A DNA stretch of 64,000 nt, from contig NC_091288.1 in the NCBI RefSeq assembly GCF_032444005.1, forward strand, positions 187,116,001 to 187,180,000, written 5' to 3'. Shown piece by piece: positions 22,229 through 36,166 of the stretch. Positions within the stretch are counted from its first letter, which is position 1, and every line of letters starts with the position of its first letter. The translations under genes were made by a program, and so were the position numbers. Under the pieces are notes generated by a model, which worked only from the letters and a program-made list of their open reading frames with translations, made no database searches and was not told the origin of the DNA. Source of the DNA: Ranitomeya imitator. Taxonomy: Eukaryota.

Positions 22229-22481
22229 GGCTACGTTCACATTTGCGTTGCGTCATGCGCCCCTATATTTAACATGGGGGGCGCATGGACATGCGTTGTG
22301 CTGCGTTTTGTGACGCATGCGTTTTTTTGTGCGCAAGCGTCTGGGCGCAGAGGACGCTGCTTGTTGCATTTTTTGCGCTATAAAAATGAACGCATGCGTC
22401 ACAAAACTCTGCGTTTTGCAGCGTTTTTGCATGCGTTGCGTCGCCGACGCAGCACACAACAACGCAAATGTGAACGTAGCC
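22229..22481. mobile_element. PIF/Harbinger-type MITE
   Basis: 22-bp perfect TIR ggctacgttcacatttgcgttg; TTA TSD. Confidence 0.85.
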
Positions 22482-23211
22482 TTACTGCTGATCGGTAGTA
22501 ACCCCTTCATCCTTGTACCAGTCTGTCATTGTTTCTTGATTAATTTATGTGTACTTTGTATGTAATCCCTTCCCATGGAATCAATGGTGCTCTAGGATAA
22601 TGATTTCTATTCAGCTGTCACGCTCCCCGCTGCCGGCCAGTCCGAGCATTGCGATGCAATAACGTCCGAGAATCTTCCCTCCCTGGTCGGAGAGATCTAC
22701 CTTCTCCACGCTCCATTCTGAGTGATTGTCTGCTCTCGTGTGTACATGGAGACCTGTGGGGGGAGACGCCGGCGGGGGGATTTTCAAACTATCGTTTCTC
22801 TGAAATGCTGCAGTGTTTCTCGGTAAATCATGCAGCCAGGCTGCCTGTAGTACGGGCAGCATTAATCTAATGGCAGCTTTTGTTTAAAGGTTTGCAAGCA
22901 CTCTACAGTGTTTCCTTGCACAGAAGTTTTCTTAATTAGCCATTTTCCATTCAAGTAAGTGTCTTTATGATCAGTGTAGAGCCGCCCCCTCTATCCCTTC
23001 ACGGCCCCCCATCTGTGCAGGGAATAGCAGCCGGCCCCGTTCACTTGGAAAAGGCAGCGCTGCAGCTCTCTGTACGGTGTATGGAGTAGGTTTTCAGTGT
23101 GGATTTCTTGGCACAAGTCTGCAGCTCCGGGCCTGCGCCGATGTCGTGCATCCCCAAATTAAAAGTAAATGCTGTTGATGGATCTAACTTTTTTTCTTTC
23201 TCCATTGACAG

Positions 23212-23395
23212 CTCTGTGATAAAGGAGACAGACTCTCGGGCAGCGAAGAGGAAGAAGAAGATGATGACGACGTTGAAGCTGCTTTGAAGAAAGAAGTTGA
23301 CCAGATTCGTACATCGACTGAAAAGAATTTGCGCAGATTTCAGTCAGTAGAAAGTGGCGCTAATAATGTTGTTTTCATTAGGACCCTGAATGTAG
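23212..23395 (+). CDS. THUMPD1: THUMPD1 copy A coding exon 2
   Basis: Pyrimidine tract plus AG acceptor; LCDKGDRLSGSEEEEEDDDDVEAALKKEVDQIRTSTEKNLRRFQSVESGANNVVFIRTLNV; gtaag donor, phase 1. Confidence 0.95.
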
Positions 23396-25688
23396 GTAAG
23401 ATCACGTCCTTCCCCCTCTACATGACTTGCTGGAGAAGTGGATTCACCTGATGCAGATCTGTTAGCAGAAACTCCTGATCTCTTCCATACTTGTTAATGG
23501 GGTCGTATTCGAGGCAGGTGGATGGATTTCTACAAGCCGTGTTTAGCACAATGAGGCATACAAGCAAACTTCTGCAACAGATCTGTTTCCAGACGCTGCA
23601 TCCACTGCAACATCATAATCTGCCACATATGCTGCATCATATTTACTGCAGATGTTACCTCCTATATTGCAAAGGTCAGAATCCACAGCGTAAATTGACA
23701 GGTTGTGGATGTGAAGACCAGAGCGATACCCAATTTGCCCTTTTTTTTTTTTTTCCTGCAGCTTGTGAATGAGGTTTCGTAAATTCTGATCCACCACCCT
23801 GATGCTGTGCACAGCAAATTTTCCCATTTTTATTCTGCTTTTTTTACAACCCATGTGAATATACCCTAATATAAGGAGGAAATAAGAGCCTTCCTTATAC
23901 TAGCCATGCGGTCTGTCCCTTGCCTATAGTGATAGATGAGTGGTGGCAGCGTGAGTCTGAGGACTGCTCATTCTCAGGTCGGTATGTTACTTTCTTAAAG
24001 GCTCGTTCCACTACTTTAGTATTTGTGACCTATCATTTGCATAGCAGCTGTTGTGCAGTACCTGGCAGTGCCAGGTTAAGCACTAAGTGTTAAGCACTAA
24101 GCGTTAAAGGGGCTGTATTGGTCTGTGTCCCCACTGCTGGTGCTGAGAATAGCTGATCTTGGGGGTGCCAAGTGTCATACCATCACCAATGTAATGATCA
24201 AGCGTGCTCGCCACTCAAGTGAGCGTCGGGGTGCTGGGATACGGATCGAGTACTGCAGGTGCCATGCTCCAGATTCCGCCTCACATGTTTTGCAGCTGTT
24301 AGACAGCCAATAAGCACGAATGGATTGCCAGTGTATGTCAGACTCTCTATATCTTTTTGGCTGTCTAACAGTCGCAACACATGCGGGCACTTAAGCATGT
24401 CGATCAAGCACCTGTGATACTAGATGCATACCCCCGATACTTGCTCTTCACTATTAATGACCTATACCCCTACATTCAGAAATTAAAAGGTAATCCAACA
24501 ACTCTCGCTTCCACACCCACAGGTGATCGTCCGTCCACCACTTGCCTGGTCTTGTGCTCCCTCGGCACATCCTGTTAATTAGCATCCCATGCATGATACC
24601 ACCGAATGCCACATCAAGTTCAAGATGTGCAGGATTAAAAAAATAAATGGCTGCTTTCTTCCAACAACGCCACCATCTGTGCACAGGTTGTGTCAGGTAT
24701 TGCAAGCTCAGCTCCATTGAAATTAATGTCATAACACAACTTGTGGACAGGTATGGCACAGTTGCTGGAATGACATAACCATATTTTTCAAACACCTTCA
24801 ACCTCTTAGCGCATAATGATGTCCCTGTACATCAATGCTGGGGTCAGCGTGTGTGGAGGGGTCTCAGGAGCAGAGCTCTCCAGTCTTCACATAAGGTAGA
24901 TGCCGACTATGTTATATAGCTAGCAGCTACGGCCAGAGCTGAGCCCTAATCGTTGCTGTTAACCATTTAGATGCTGCTATCAATCTTTGACAGCGACAAT
25001 CAAATTAAGCTGTTGCTGGTGGACACATGCACCGGTTCCCATTGGCCCCTCGTGATGCACCGATGGGCTATCATGGTAGCCGGAGGTCTGCAGAAGCCTC
25101 ATAGGTCGCGATTTACACTATATACTGCAGTATTGTGGTATATGGTATAAGCAATTGGATGATCGCTAATTCAAATCCCTTAAAGGGAATAAAAAAAAGC
25201 AAAATTATTTAAAAAAAAAAAAACATTAAAATTACTACTTTATCCCTCCTATAAGAATAGAGATTAATAAAAGTAAAAATTATTTGGAATCGCCGTGTTC
25301 ATATGTTTGGCCTATCAAAATAGAAAGTTAACCAGTTCATAAACTAGTTATTTCCTTCCCTCCTTGATCAGGTATATTTTTGGATTTATCGTATGTGCGC
25401 TTTAAATGGCTCTATCGTTTTTTTTTTTTCTCAATCAGATATTCAAATAATGTTTGCCCTTTTTTTTTTTTCTTGCAACACACATGTAAATTTTATATAT
25501 ATTTTTTTCTCCGATCACTTCCACGACAGCAGTATCGGAGGAGTTCTCCCCGCCCAAATGGGAGACAGGAAACAGAAGAGGTTAAATACCCTCCCCTTCC
25601 TGCAACCACCAGTGTCTTTCCTGTCCCCTATGGGGCATGAAGAGGTCCAGGATAGTGCTTCCGTGGCCGACGATCGGGAGCACTTCTT

Positions 25689-25963
25689 ATAATAATAATA
25701 ATAATCTTTATTTTTATATAGCGCTAACATATTCCGCAGCGCTTTACACACATTATCATTGCTGTCCCCATTGGGGCTCACAATCTAAATTCCCTGTCAG
25801 TATGTCTTTGGAATGTGGGAGGAAACCGGAGAACCCGGAGGAAACCCACGCAAACACGGAGAGAACATACAAACTCTTTGCAGATGTTGTCCTTAGTGGG
25901 GCTTGAACCCAGGACTCCAGCGCTGCAAGGCTGCTGTGCTATCCACTGCGCCACCGTGCTGCC
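25689..25963 (-). mobile_element. tRNA-derived V-SINE
   Basis: Minus strand has A box TGGCGCAGTGG, B box GGTTCAAGCCC, V-domain ggtttcctccgggttctccggtttcctccc and an (ATT)n tail. Confidence 0.8.
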
Positions 25964-26339
25964 CCTTCTTACCCTTTTATGCCGGGCAGCCGAGGTCGGG
26001 GGCTCCGCTCTCCTCCTCCGGTGGCTGCTTCCGTCTCCAAAGCTCTTGTGCGACTCGTGACCCCCTTTCCCGCCCTTCCTGCGCCTCTTCGTGGGGTAAT
26101 ATAAACATAAGGATGAATGACCTTGGGGAGATCAAAACATCCAACACCGCGGAGACACCATCACGTGTTTTTCAACGCAGTGATCCAGAACACTGCCCCC
26201 ATCCCTTATGGGAAATATGCAAATGCATGTAGAAAAGCCGCGGAGACAACATCACGTGTTTCTCAACGCAATCAATAAATAGCCAGGTCTTTCACCGGGA
26301 AGGAACAACCACGGGAAGGGCAGCATCCAAAAAGGAAAA

Positions 26340-27385
26340 CCTATGCCTCGTGGGGTAAAGCAGGGCGGTGACGTGCGGCCGGGGTCCTGTAGCTCCTCGG
26401 CATCTTCCTCCCGCTTTGCTGCTGGATCCAGCGTTTTGTGTGCACTGGAAGTGACGTTGGCCCAAACTTCCGGTTTGTTCCTGTGTGTTCCACGCTGGAG
26501 CGCACACCGGCTGGCGTTTTCCGGAGCAGGCAGTAATTGGGGCGTCCTCTTTGGGGTCCCCCCTTTTGGACCACATGGAGGAAGAGCACTCAACTAACGC
26601 TGGGACCTCGATCCTTCAAAATCCTGGTCTGGGGATGCCTCCAGGTAAGGCCCATTTGTCTGTGTTCCTTTGTGACTGTTGACAGACTGACCTATGGACG
26701 GTAACAAACCCTTACACTGCTTCTGCAGCTACTGTAAGTAGCGGATGTGGTCCCTTACTATCCAGGGTATAACCTTATGGTGACTTAGTATACCTTTCTC
26801 TTTCTTTTAAGGAGACCAGGTCCCTGCCCCTAAAAAGGATAAGGTGCACATCCGCAAGTGTGGTTAAGAAACCGCTTTCTGCTGGAAGGGAATTGTTCCT
26901 TATGGGAGATCCCCAAGGTAGATGTGCAGGTGTCCAGGGTCTCTAAAAGGATGGCTCTTCCTTTCAAAGACCCTTCCCGGCTCAAGGATCCCATGGATCT
27001 TAGAATCGAGAGCTTGTTAAGAGAATCATGGGACACCTCCACTAATCTACTAAGAATGAATGTGGCCTCTACGTGCGTCGCCGGGTCTTTATTCCACTTG
27101 CTTCAAACGTTAGAGAATCACCTTCCCCAGGCTTCTAGGGAGGAGGTACTGGACTTTCTTCCCCCTACTCCAGAAAGCAACGGGATTCCTGGCGGATGCC
27201 TCGGCTGAGTCCGTCCGTGTACCAGCAAGTTCAGCAGTCCTCTCCATTTCATCCTGGAGAGCACTATGGCTTAAGTCGTGAGGGGGTGACCATACCTCTA
27301 AAACTAAGCTCTGTGGTAATTCCTTTCAGGGACACTATGTATTTGGCCCGGCCCTTGCCAAAATTTTAGACAAGGCTACGGATAA
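26340..27385 (+). mobile_element. Degenerate DIRS fragment (ORF1/gag-like) in THUMPD1-A intron 2
   Basis: IPKVDVQVSRVSKRMALPFKD...LKDPMD matches APKLDVAIAKASKKFALPFED...LKDPLD in the DIRS at 60146-61177. A DIRS terminal motif (cccatgacggc...gacaggaaac...gtttcctgtc) follows at 29110-29245. Confidence 0.75.
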
Positions 27386-27387
27386 AA

Positions 27388-29112
27388 ACATAGTAACATA
27401 GTTAGTAAGGCCGAAAAAAGACATTTGTCCATCCAGTTCAGCCTATATTCCATCATAATAAATCCCCAGATCTACGTCCTTCTACAGAACCTAATAATTG
27501 TATGATACAATATTGTTCTGCTCCAGGAAGACATCCAGGCCTCTCTTGAACCCCTCGACTGAGTTTGCCATCACCACCTCCTCAGGCAGGCAATTCCAGA
27601 TTCTCACTGCCCTAACAGTAAAGAATCCTCTTCTATGTTGGTGGAAAAACCTTCTCTCCTCCAGACGCAAAAAATGCCCCCTTGTGCCCGTCACCTTCCT
27701 TGGTATAAACAGATCCTCAGCGAGATATTTGTATTGTCCCCTTATATACTTATACATGGTTATTAGATCGCCCCTCAGTCGTCTTTTTTCTAGACTAAAT
27801 AATCCTAATTTCGCTAATCTATCTGGGTATTGTAGTTCTCCCATCCCCTTTATTAATTTTGTTGCCCTCCTTTGTACTCTCTCTAGTTCCATTATATCCT
27901 TCCTGAGCACCGGTGCCCAAAACTGGACACAGTACTCCATGTGCGGTCTAACTAGGGATTTGTACAGAGGCAGTATAATGCCCTCATCATGTGTATCCAG
28001 TCTTCTTTTAATGCACCCCATGATCCTGTTTGCCTTGGCAGCTGCTGCCTGGCACTGGCTGCTCCAGGTAAGTTTATCATTAACTAGGATCCCCAAGTCC
28101 TTCTCCCTGTCAGATTTACCCAGTGGTTTCCCATTCAGTGTGTAATGGTGATATTGATTCCTTCTTCCCATGTGTATAACCTTACATTTATCATTGTTTA
28201 ACCTCATCTGCCACCTTTCAGCCCAAGTTTCCAACTTATCCAGATCCATCTGTAGCAGAATACTATCTTCTCTTGTATTAACTGCTTTACATAGTTTTGT
28301 ATCATCTGCAAATATCGATATTTTACTGTGTAAAACTTCTACCAGATCATTAATGAATATGTTGAAGAGAACAGGTCCCAATACTGACCCCTGCGGTACC
28401 CCACTGGTCACAGCGACCCAGTTAGAGACTATACCATTTATAACCACCCTCTGCTTTCTATCACTAAGCCAGTTACTAACCCATTTACACACATTTTCCC
28501 CCAGACCAAGCATTCTCATTTTGTGTACCAACCTCTTGTGCGGCACGGTATCAAACGCTTTGGAAAAATCGAGATATACCACGTCCAATGACTCACCGTG
28601 GTCCAGCCTATAGCTTACCTCTTCATAAAAACTGATTAGATTGGTTTGACAGGAGCGATTTCTCATAAACCCATGCTGATATGGAGTTAAACAGTTATTC
28701 TCATTGAGATAATCCAGAATAACATCCCTCAGAAACCCTTCAAATATTTTACCAACAATAGAGGTTAGACTTACTGGCCTATAATTTCCGGGTTCACTTT
28801 TAGAGCCCTTTTTGAATATTGGCACCACATTTGCTATGCGCCAGTCCTGCGGAACAGACCCTGTCGCTATAGAGTCCCTAGAAATAATGGTTTATCTATT
28901 ACATTACTTAGTTCTCTTAGTACTCGTGGGTGTATGCCATCCGGACCCGGAGATTTATCTATTTTAATCTTATTTAGCCGGTTTCGCACCTCTTCTTGGG
29001 TTAGATTGGTGACCCTTAATATAGGGTTTTCATTGTTTCTTGGGATTTCACCTAGCATTTCATTTTCCACCGTGAATACCGTGGAGAAGAAGGTGTTTAA
29101 TATGTTAGCTTT
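27388..29112 (-). mobile_element. 5'-truncated CR1 LINE inserted in the DIRS fragment
   Basis: RT coding region; 3' tail of 8-bp repeats (aacatagt)2 on the plus strand; small deletion and frameshift near 28870-28890. Confidence 0.9.
27491..28828 (-). CDS. CR1 ORF2 reverse transcriptase, C-terminal 445 codons (open but 5'-truncated)
   Basis: PGNYRPVSLTS, YLDFSKAFD, GVPQGSVLGPVLF, FADDTK, EKDLG motifs. Confidence 0.9.
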   Translation of the reverse strand: MVPIFKKGSKSEPGNYRPVSLTSIVGKIFEGFLRDVILDYLNENNCLTPYQHGFMRNRSCQTNLISFYEEVSYRLDHGESLDVVYLDFSKAFDTVPHKRLVHKMRMLGLGENVCKWVSNWLSDRKQRVVINGIVSNWVAVTSGVPQGSVLGPVLFNIFINDLVEVLHSKISIFADDTKLCKAVNTREDSILLQMDLDKLETWAERWQMRLNNDKCKVIHMGRRNQYHHYTLNGKPLGKSDREKDLGILVNDKLTWSSQCQAAAAKANRIMGCIKRRLDTHDEGIILPLYKSLVRPHMEYCVQFWAPVLRKDIMELERVQRRATKLIKGMGELQYPDRLAKLGLFSLEKRRLRGDLITMYKYIRGQYKYLAEDLFIPRKVTGTRGHFLRLEERRFFHQHRRGFFTVRAVRIWNCLPEEVVMANSVEGFKRGLDVFLEQNNIVSYNY

Positions 29113-29808
29113 TTCTCTTACCCCATGACGGCACTAACGAGAGAGAGGGATCCGCCCTCAGGGACAGGAAACCCACAGGTTAAAAAGGCGGGACCTCTCC
29201 TCCACCTCAGTTCGGTTTCCTGTCCCTGACGGGGAACCCACAGCTCACCGTTCGTCGCGGGATTCCAGGGACCATCCGAGGGTGAGTATATCAATATTTT
29301 TTATTCTTTATTTTACACATGAATATGGATCCCAGGGCCTGAAGGAGTTTCCTCTCCTTCAGACCCTGGGATCCATTACAGGATACATTCCGATATTTGT
29401 GTCCCATTGACTTGTATTGGTATTGGATATCGGTATCGGCGATATCCGATATTTTTCGGATATCGGCCGATACCATCCGATACCGATACTTTCAAATATC
29501 GGACGGTATCGCTGAACACTACTGGTAAGTCTAATTCTATTTATCTGCTATTTACATCCTCAAAGGACTGCTAAAACATTTTAAACCATTTTCACCTTCC
29601 ATTGAAATTATTTGCCTTTTTTTTTTTTCTTCTTTTATTATATACAATGTGTCTCCCATAGTGATAAATGACCTATGGGGAGCATTTGATCATATTGAAA
29701 TGTGTATTTTTTTTTTTTTTTTTTTTGCTGATTCCCTCTGCAACCGGGGCTAGTGTTTTTTTTGTCATAAACATAACTTCTATTTTTAATATTTGTGATT
29801 TCTTTCAG

Positions 29809-30057
29809 AGCCGGAGAAGTTGGTTCACCACATTTTAAAGGATCTGAACACTACGAAGAAGAAGAAGACACGGGTCATCCTTCGTATGCTACCCGTCACC
29901 GGTACTTGTAAAGCTTTCCCCGAGGATCTCAAGAAATACGCAGAGACGTTCCTCCATCCTTGGTTTAAAGCTCCCAACAAAGGAACGTTTCAGATTGTGT
30001 ATAAGGCAAGAAATAATAATCACATGAACAGAGAGGAGGTCATAAAGGACCTGGCAG
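29809..30057 (+). CDS. THUMPD1: THUMPD1 copy A coding exon 3
   Basis: tctttcag acceptor; EPEKLVHHILKD...TRVILRMLPVTGTCKAF...KKYAETFLHPWFKAPNKGTFQIVYKARNN...DLAG; gtgag donor. Confidence 0.95.
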
Positions 30058-30600
30058 GTGAGAAAGCATGGCGGCATCCGTGTGTAGTAGCATGCCATCT
30101 TCACGTGTGATATGTTACATTATAGGTTTCAAATCCGTACAACCGATGCTGTCCAGACACTTGAGAGCATGAACAAAGAATATGTAGGCTGCTATAATTT
30201 CACCATTAGCAGGGAACATGGGAAGGGACAATATGAAAGAGTTGTTGTGGACAGGGACAAGTTGGCATTCAATCAGGTAGGTGGCACGCCCAGTGAATTA
30301 GCTGGAGACTGGTGCTAGTTCCTGAGCTCCTGTAGAGCAATAGTCGGAAGAGTGAAGGAACTGCACATCTAAAGGCACATAGACATATGCTCCAGATGGG
30401 ATTTACTGACAGAACTGGATATCCAATTGTCACACCTCAGTAAGTACAGCATTAGTTAACATTTCGGATGAAAAATCCTTCATCAGACGTATAGGCTCAC
30501 TGCATATGGGTTAAGGCGATCCAGGGTGCTGGGTGGGCTTCCCCCAAACAGGGACAGCCACTATCAAACCATATCGAGTCACCCTGGATTCTCTAACCTA

Positions 30601-32233
<1,633 letters not shown>

Positions 32234-33420
32234 TATATGTGGTGAACATAGCCTATACATCTGATGAAGGGTTTTTTACCCAAAACGTTACGTAATTGGA
32301 TAGCCAATCCCATCAATAAATCCAATTTGAAGAATCTTCACGTGACTTTTAGGTGTGAAGTTCCTTCACTCTGTTTACAAGTTGGCATTGCAGTCATTAC
32401 ATGGGATCCTATAGCAAAAAGATCACAAGGCCCCTTTATTTTGATAACCTTTCTTACTCCATTTGCAGCTCCTGGATCATTTTCCTTTTCCCCTACTTGC
32501 CATCACATTGCTTTGAGGTCCCTGCTGCATGCCACAAGCTGTAGTGATTGCTGCACTCTTTATAAAATATTAATGGTGGTGTAAGATGCTGATGGGCACA
32601 GAGTTGCTTACTGCTTTACCCTCATTCATTTCCAATTTTACTGTCTCCTTTGTACTTTTTGGGTGGGCCATCATTTTGTCAGTGGGGGTCAAACTGCCGG
32701 GACCTGCAATGATTCAGAGAGTGATTGAGCAGGGGTATTTCTCTGCACTGTGGCGCTCTGTCACCCGCTCTGCTGGCAATTGCAGCACAGCTCAGGTGAA
32801 GTAAGGGGAACACTTTAAAAAGGACGCCCATACTGTGAATCCAGAAAAAAAAAATCAAAACTAAAAACCAAAGCCAGAATTGCTGTTTTTGATCATATCA
32901 GAAATATGTTCCAAAATTCTGAAAACTACGCAAAAATACCAAGCCCTAACAAAACTGTCTGTGTAAAACTTACGGCTCTCGGAACAACAGCCAAGTGTTG
33001 ATTGTTTTTTTTTTTTTTTTTTTTAAAGTGATTTTTCTTGTGTAAAAGTACTAAATGGTAAAAAGAACTGTCTTATTAAGTATCGCCATAATTGTATTAA
33101 CCTGTACTATAAAACTATCATTTATCTGACACTGAATGCCATTAAAATTAATTCTAATGAACACTGGGGAAGAGGATTCATATTTAACTTCCTTGGGGAG
33201 CATTGCATGGCCTATAAGTCTCCATACACCAACCTGCCACTCTCCAAAAAGAGAAATTTTAACACTTGACTCCTTTAAAATTACAAAAAAAAAAAACAAA
33301 ATCACTAAAGTTGCTCTTTATGGTCACTTTTTAATTCATTATGTATGAACAGAAAAGTCAAATGTTCCTGTTTTAGTTAGATTTTTCTTCTGGATTGACT
33401 GACACGGTTTTATGTTTCAG

Positions 33421-33665
33421 GACTAGTTGGGAACCTGAATCCGGAGAATAAGGTGGACCTGACCAATCCTGAGTTCACCATTGTAGTGGAGATTATCAGG
33501 AACGTCTGCTGCCTGAGCGTGGTGAAGGACTATACCTTGTTCAGGAAATATAACCTACAGGAGGTGGTAAAGAGCGCCAAAGAGGAGAAACCACAGGAAC
33601 CAGCTGGGGATGCCGGAAAGGAGAAAACAGAAGAGCAAAGCAACGAAGACCCTGCAGTGGTCTGA
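33421..33665 (+). CDS. THUMPD1: THUMPD1 copy A coding exon 4 (protein total 292 aa)
   Basis: tatgtttcag acceptor; LVGNLNPENKVDLTNPEFTIVVEIIRNVCCLSVVKDYTLFRKYNLQEVVK...PAVV-stop; phases consistent across all introns. Confidence 0.95.
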
Positions 33666-33939
33666 GATGCCTAAAAAATACGTACATGTAGAGCCCAGGA
33701 GAAATCAAATCAGCAAACATCCAGGCACAAAAAATCCCCTGTATGTTGGTTTAGTAACATAAACCCCTTTAGCTGCTGTTATTTTCCCCTTTGTACATTT
33801 TTGCCCCCTCCTTAGAGCAGCGCTTGAAATAAGTGATTTTCTGATTTTTAGTAAGGTTATGGTGCACATGGACAATTTGGTCATTGTGTTGCTTTCCAGT
33901 TATGTTTACTATGACATAAAAACTGGGTTCCTCTGGGAA

Positions 33940-33945
33940 AATAAA
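33940..33945 (+). terminator. Candidate polyadenylation signal of THUMPD1-A
   Basis: AATAAA 275 nt after the stop, followed by T-rich sequence; conserved in copy B (57508-57513). Confidence 0.6.
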
Positions 33946-34497
33946 CTTTTATTTTTTGATCATTTTGGGTAGGTTTTAATTTAACAATGTGAGTGATGGA
34001 TCTGTAAGCCAGAAACCATATACTGCATCGGAAGACGTAGTCAACAGAGCATGTCCATTATCATCTGATGGGGGGGGGGGGGGGGGAAATGTTGTGCTTT
34101 ATCTCCAAATTAAAAACCTAAGGGAAAAGTGTCAGGAATGTCATGTGTCAACCCCCAACCTCACGGGCACACCATTGACGTCTCATACAGTATCTAGTGC
34201 CATTTAATGATTGGTTTGTGGTCCTTCCTGTAGTTCATGCGACCTGTCTGCTCTCCTTATTTGTCTGTTTTACTAAACCCTTTTTTTTTTTCCCATGACG
34301 TTGCCACGCTTCAGCATTTTATTTTGGAACTGTTTTCTCTTTGCTAGTCCTGCTGGAAATGTATGAACAAACTGACACGTCGGATAGTAATAGGTTTGTT
34401 GTTGCGAGGATGTCCTTTTATGAGGAATGGAAGTATTCACTAACTTGGGTTTCATGGACTGGCAGCAACTCAACAGACCCGAACTCATCAGCATCTC

Positions 34498-35656
34498 AAC
34501 CCATTCACGACATGCGCCGTACTAGTACAGCGCATGTCGTGTCTTCCCCTTTTTTTGTGGGCTCCGGCGCTGAGCCCACATCAAAGTCGCAACATGTCAG
34601 CTGTTTTGTACAGATGACATGTGAGCGCAATAGCGGCAGGTGGAATCGCGATCCACCTGCCGCTATTAACTAGTTAAATGCCACTGTCAAACGCTGATAG
34701 CTGCATTTAACTACCGCTTCCGGCCATCGGGTTGGAAGTGCGCGCATTGACGACCCCCGTCATGTGATCGGTGGCCAGCGATGCGTCGGCATGACAACCT
34801 GAGGTCTCCTTGAGACCTCTATGGTTGTTGATGCCGGCTTGCTGCTGATGATCGCTCCTATGTAGCAGAGCCGATCCAGTTGTGCCAGCTTCCAGCCTCC
34901 CATGGAGGCTATTGAAGCATGGCAAAAGTAAAAAAAAAAAAAAGTTTTAAAAAATATAAAATTTTAAATCATCCCCCTTTCGCCCCATTCAAAATAAAAA
35001 AATTAAAAAAAATCAAACACATATTTGGTATTGCTGCGTTCAAAATCGCCCGATCTATCAATTAAAAAAAGTATTAACCTGATCGCTAAACAGCGTAGCG
35101 AAAAAAAAATCCAAACGCCAGAATTACGTTTTTTTGGTTGCCGCGACATTGAATTAAAATGTAATAAAGGGCGATCAAAAGAATGTATCTGCACAAAAGC
35201 GGTATCATTGAAAATAAGCCCTCACCTGACTCCAGATCTTGAAAAATGGAAACGTTACGGGTCTCAGAAAATGGCACATTTTTTTTTCTTAGTAAAGTTT
35301 GGATTTTTTTTTATTTTTTTTCACCACTTGGATAAAAAATAACCTAGACATGTTTAGTGTCTATGAACTCGTAATGACCTGGAGAATCGCAATTGTAGGT
35401 TGGTTTTAGCATTTAGTGAACCTAGCAAAAAAAGCCAAATAAAAAACAAGTGTGGGATTGCACTTTTTTTGCAATTTCACCACACTTGGAATTTTTTTCC
35501 TGTTTTCTAGTACAAGACATGATAAAACCAATGGAGTCGTTCAAAAGTACAATTCGTCCCGCAAAAAATAAGCCCTAAAATGGCCATATTGACGGAAAAA
35601 TAAAGTTATGACTATGGGAAGGAGGGGAACGAAAAAGGGCTGCGTCTTGAAGGGGT
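34498..35656. mobile_element. piggyBac-like MITE
   Basis: Degenerate left end (tcaacccattcacgac); right end gaagggg-ttaa; related fragment at about 51960-52630. Confidence 0.5.
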
Positions 35657-35973
35657 TAAAGGCGTTATCTGGGACTTTACTTTTACTACGTGCCTAAGAA
35701 CTAAGAGGCAGGTGGTTGCTAACTACCTGCCTGTTGTACCCGGTGCTGACCTCTGCCGGCACAGAGTTTTCACAGACCGCTCCTGCTGGCGATTCAGCAG
35801 CTTCTGGTGATGTCACGACGGCAGAGCAACTCTTCTTCCGCTCTGCTCTGTGGACTGGCTGTAAATCAGCATAATGTCAGCAGTCAAGCCGCTTGCAGAG
35901 CAAAAGCAGAACTGCTGTGTTGATGCTCAACCACCGATAGGAGCAGCTGGCGGCCGCTCTGATATATGCATAA

Positions 35974-36166
35974 AGGGGTTCTCCAGGACTTAGTCTTTAG
36001 GCCCACAGTGAAGAAGAAAAAAAAAAAAAAAAAAACAAACAGGCAAGTAGTTAACTACCTGCCTGTTGTGCGCCGGGTACAACAGGCAGGTAGTTAACTA
36101 CTTGCCTGTGTTTTTTTTTTTTTTTTCTTCACTGTGGGCCTAAAGACTAAGTCCTGGACAACCCCT
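35974..36166. mobile_element. Foldback T2/Kolobok-type MITE (near-perfect hairpin of about 195 bp)
   Basis: aggggttctccaggacttagtc...gactaagtcctggacaacccct; arms are complementary almost to the centre with a 9-nt loop gcgccgggt; ataa/ttaa flanks. Confidence 0.7.

Noticed and set aside
27498-28613. Plus-strand ORFs over CR1, and minus-strand ORFs over DIRS ORF1 (60079-61185)
   Set aside because: Antisense shadows of TE coding regions.
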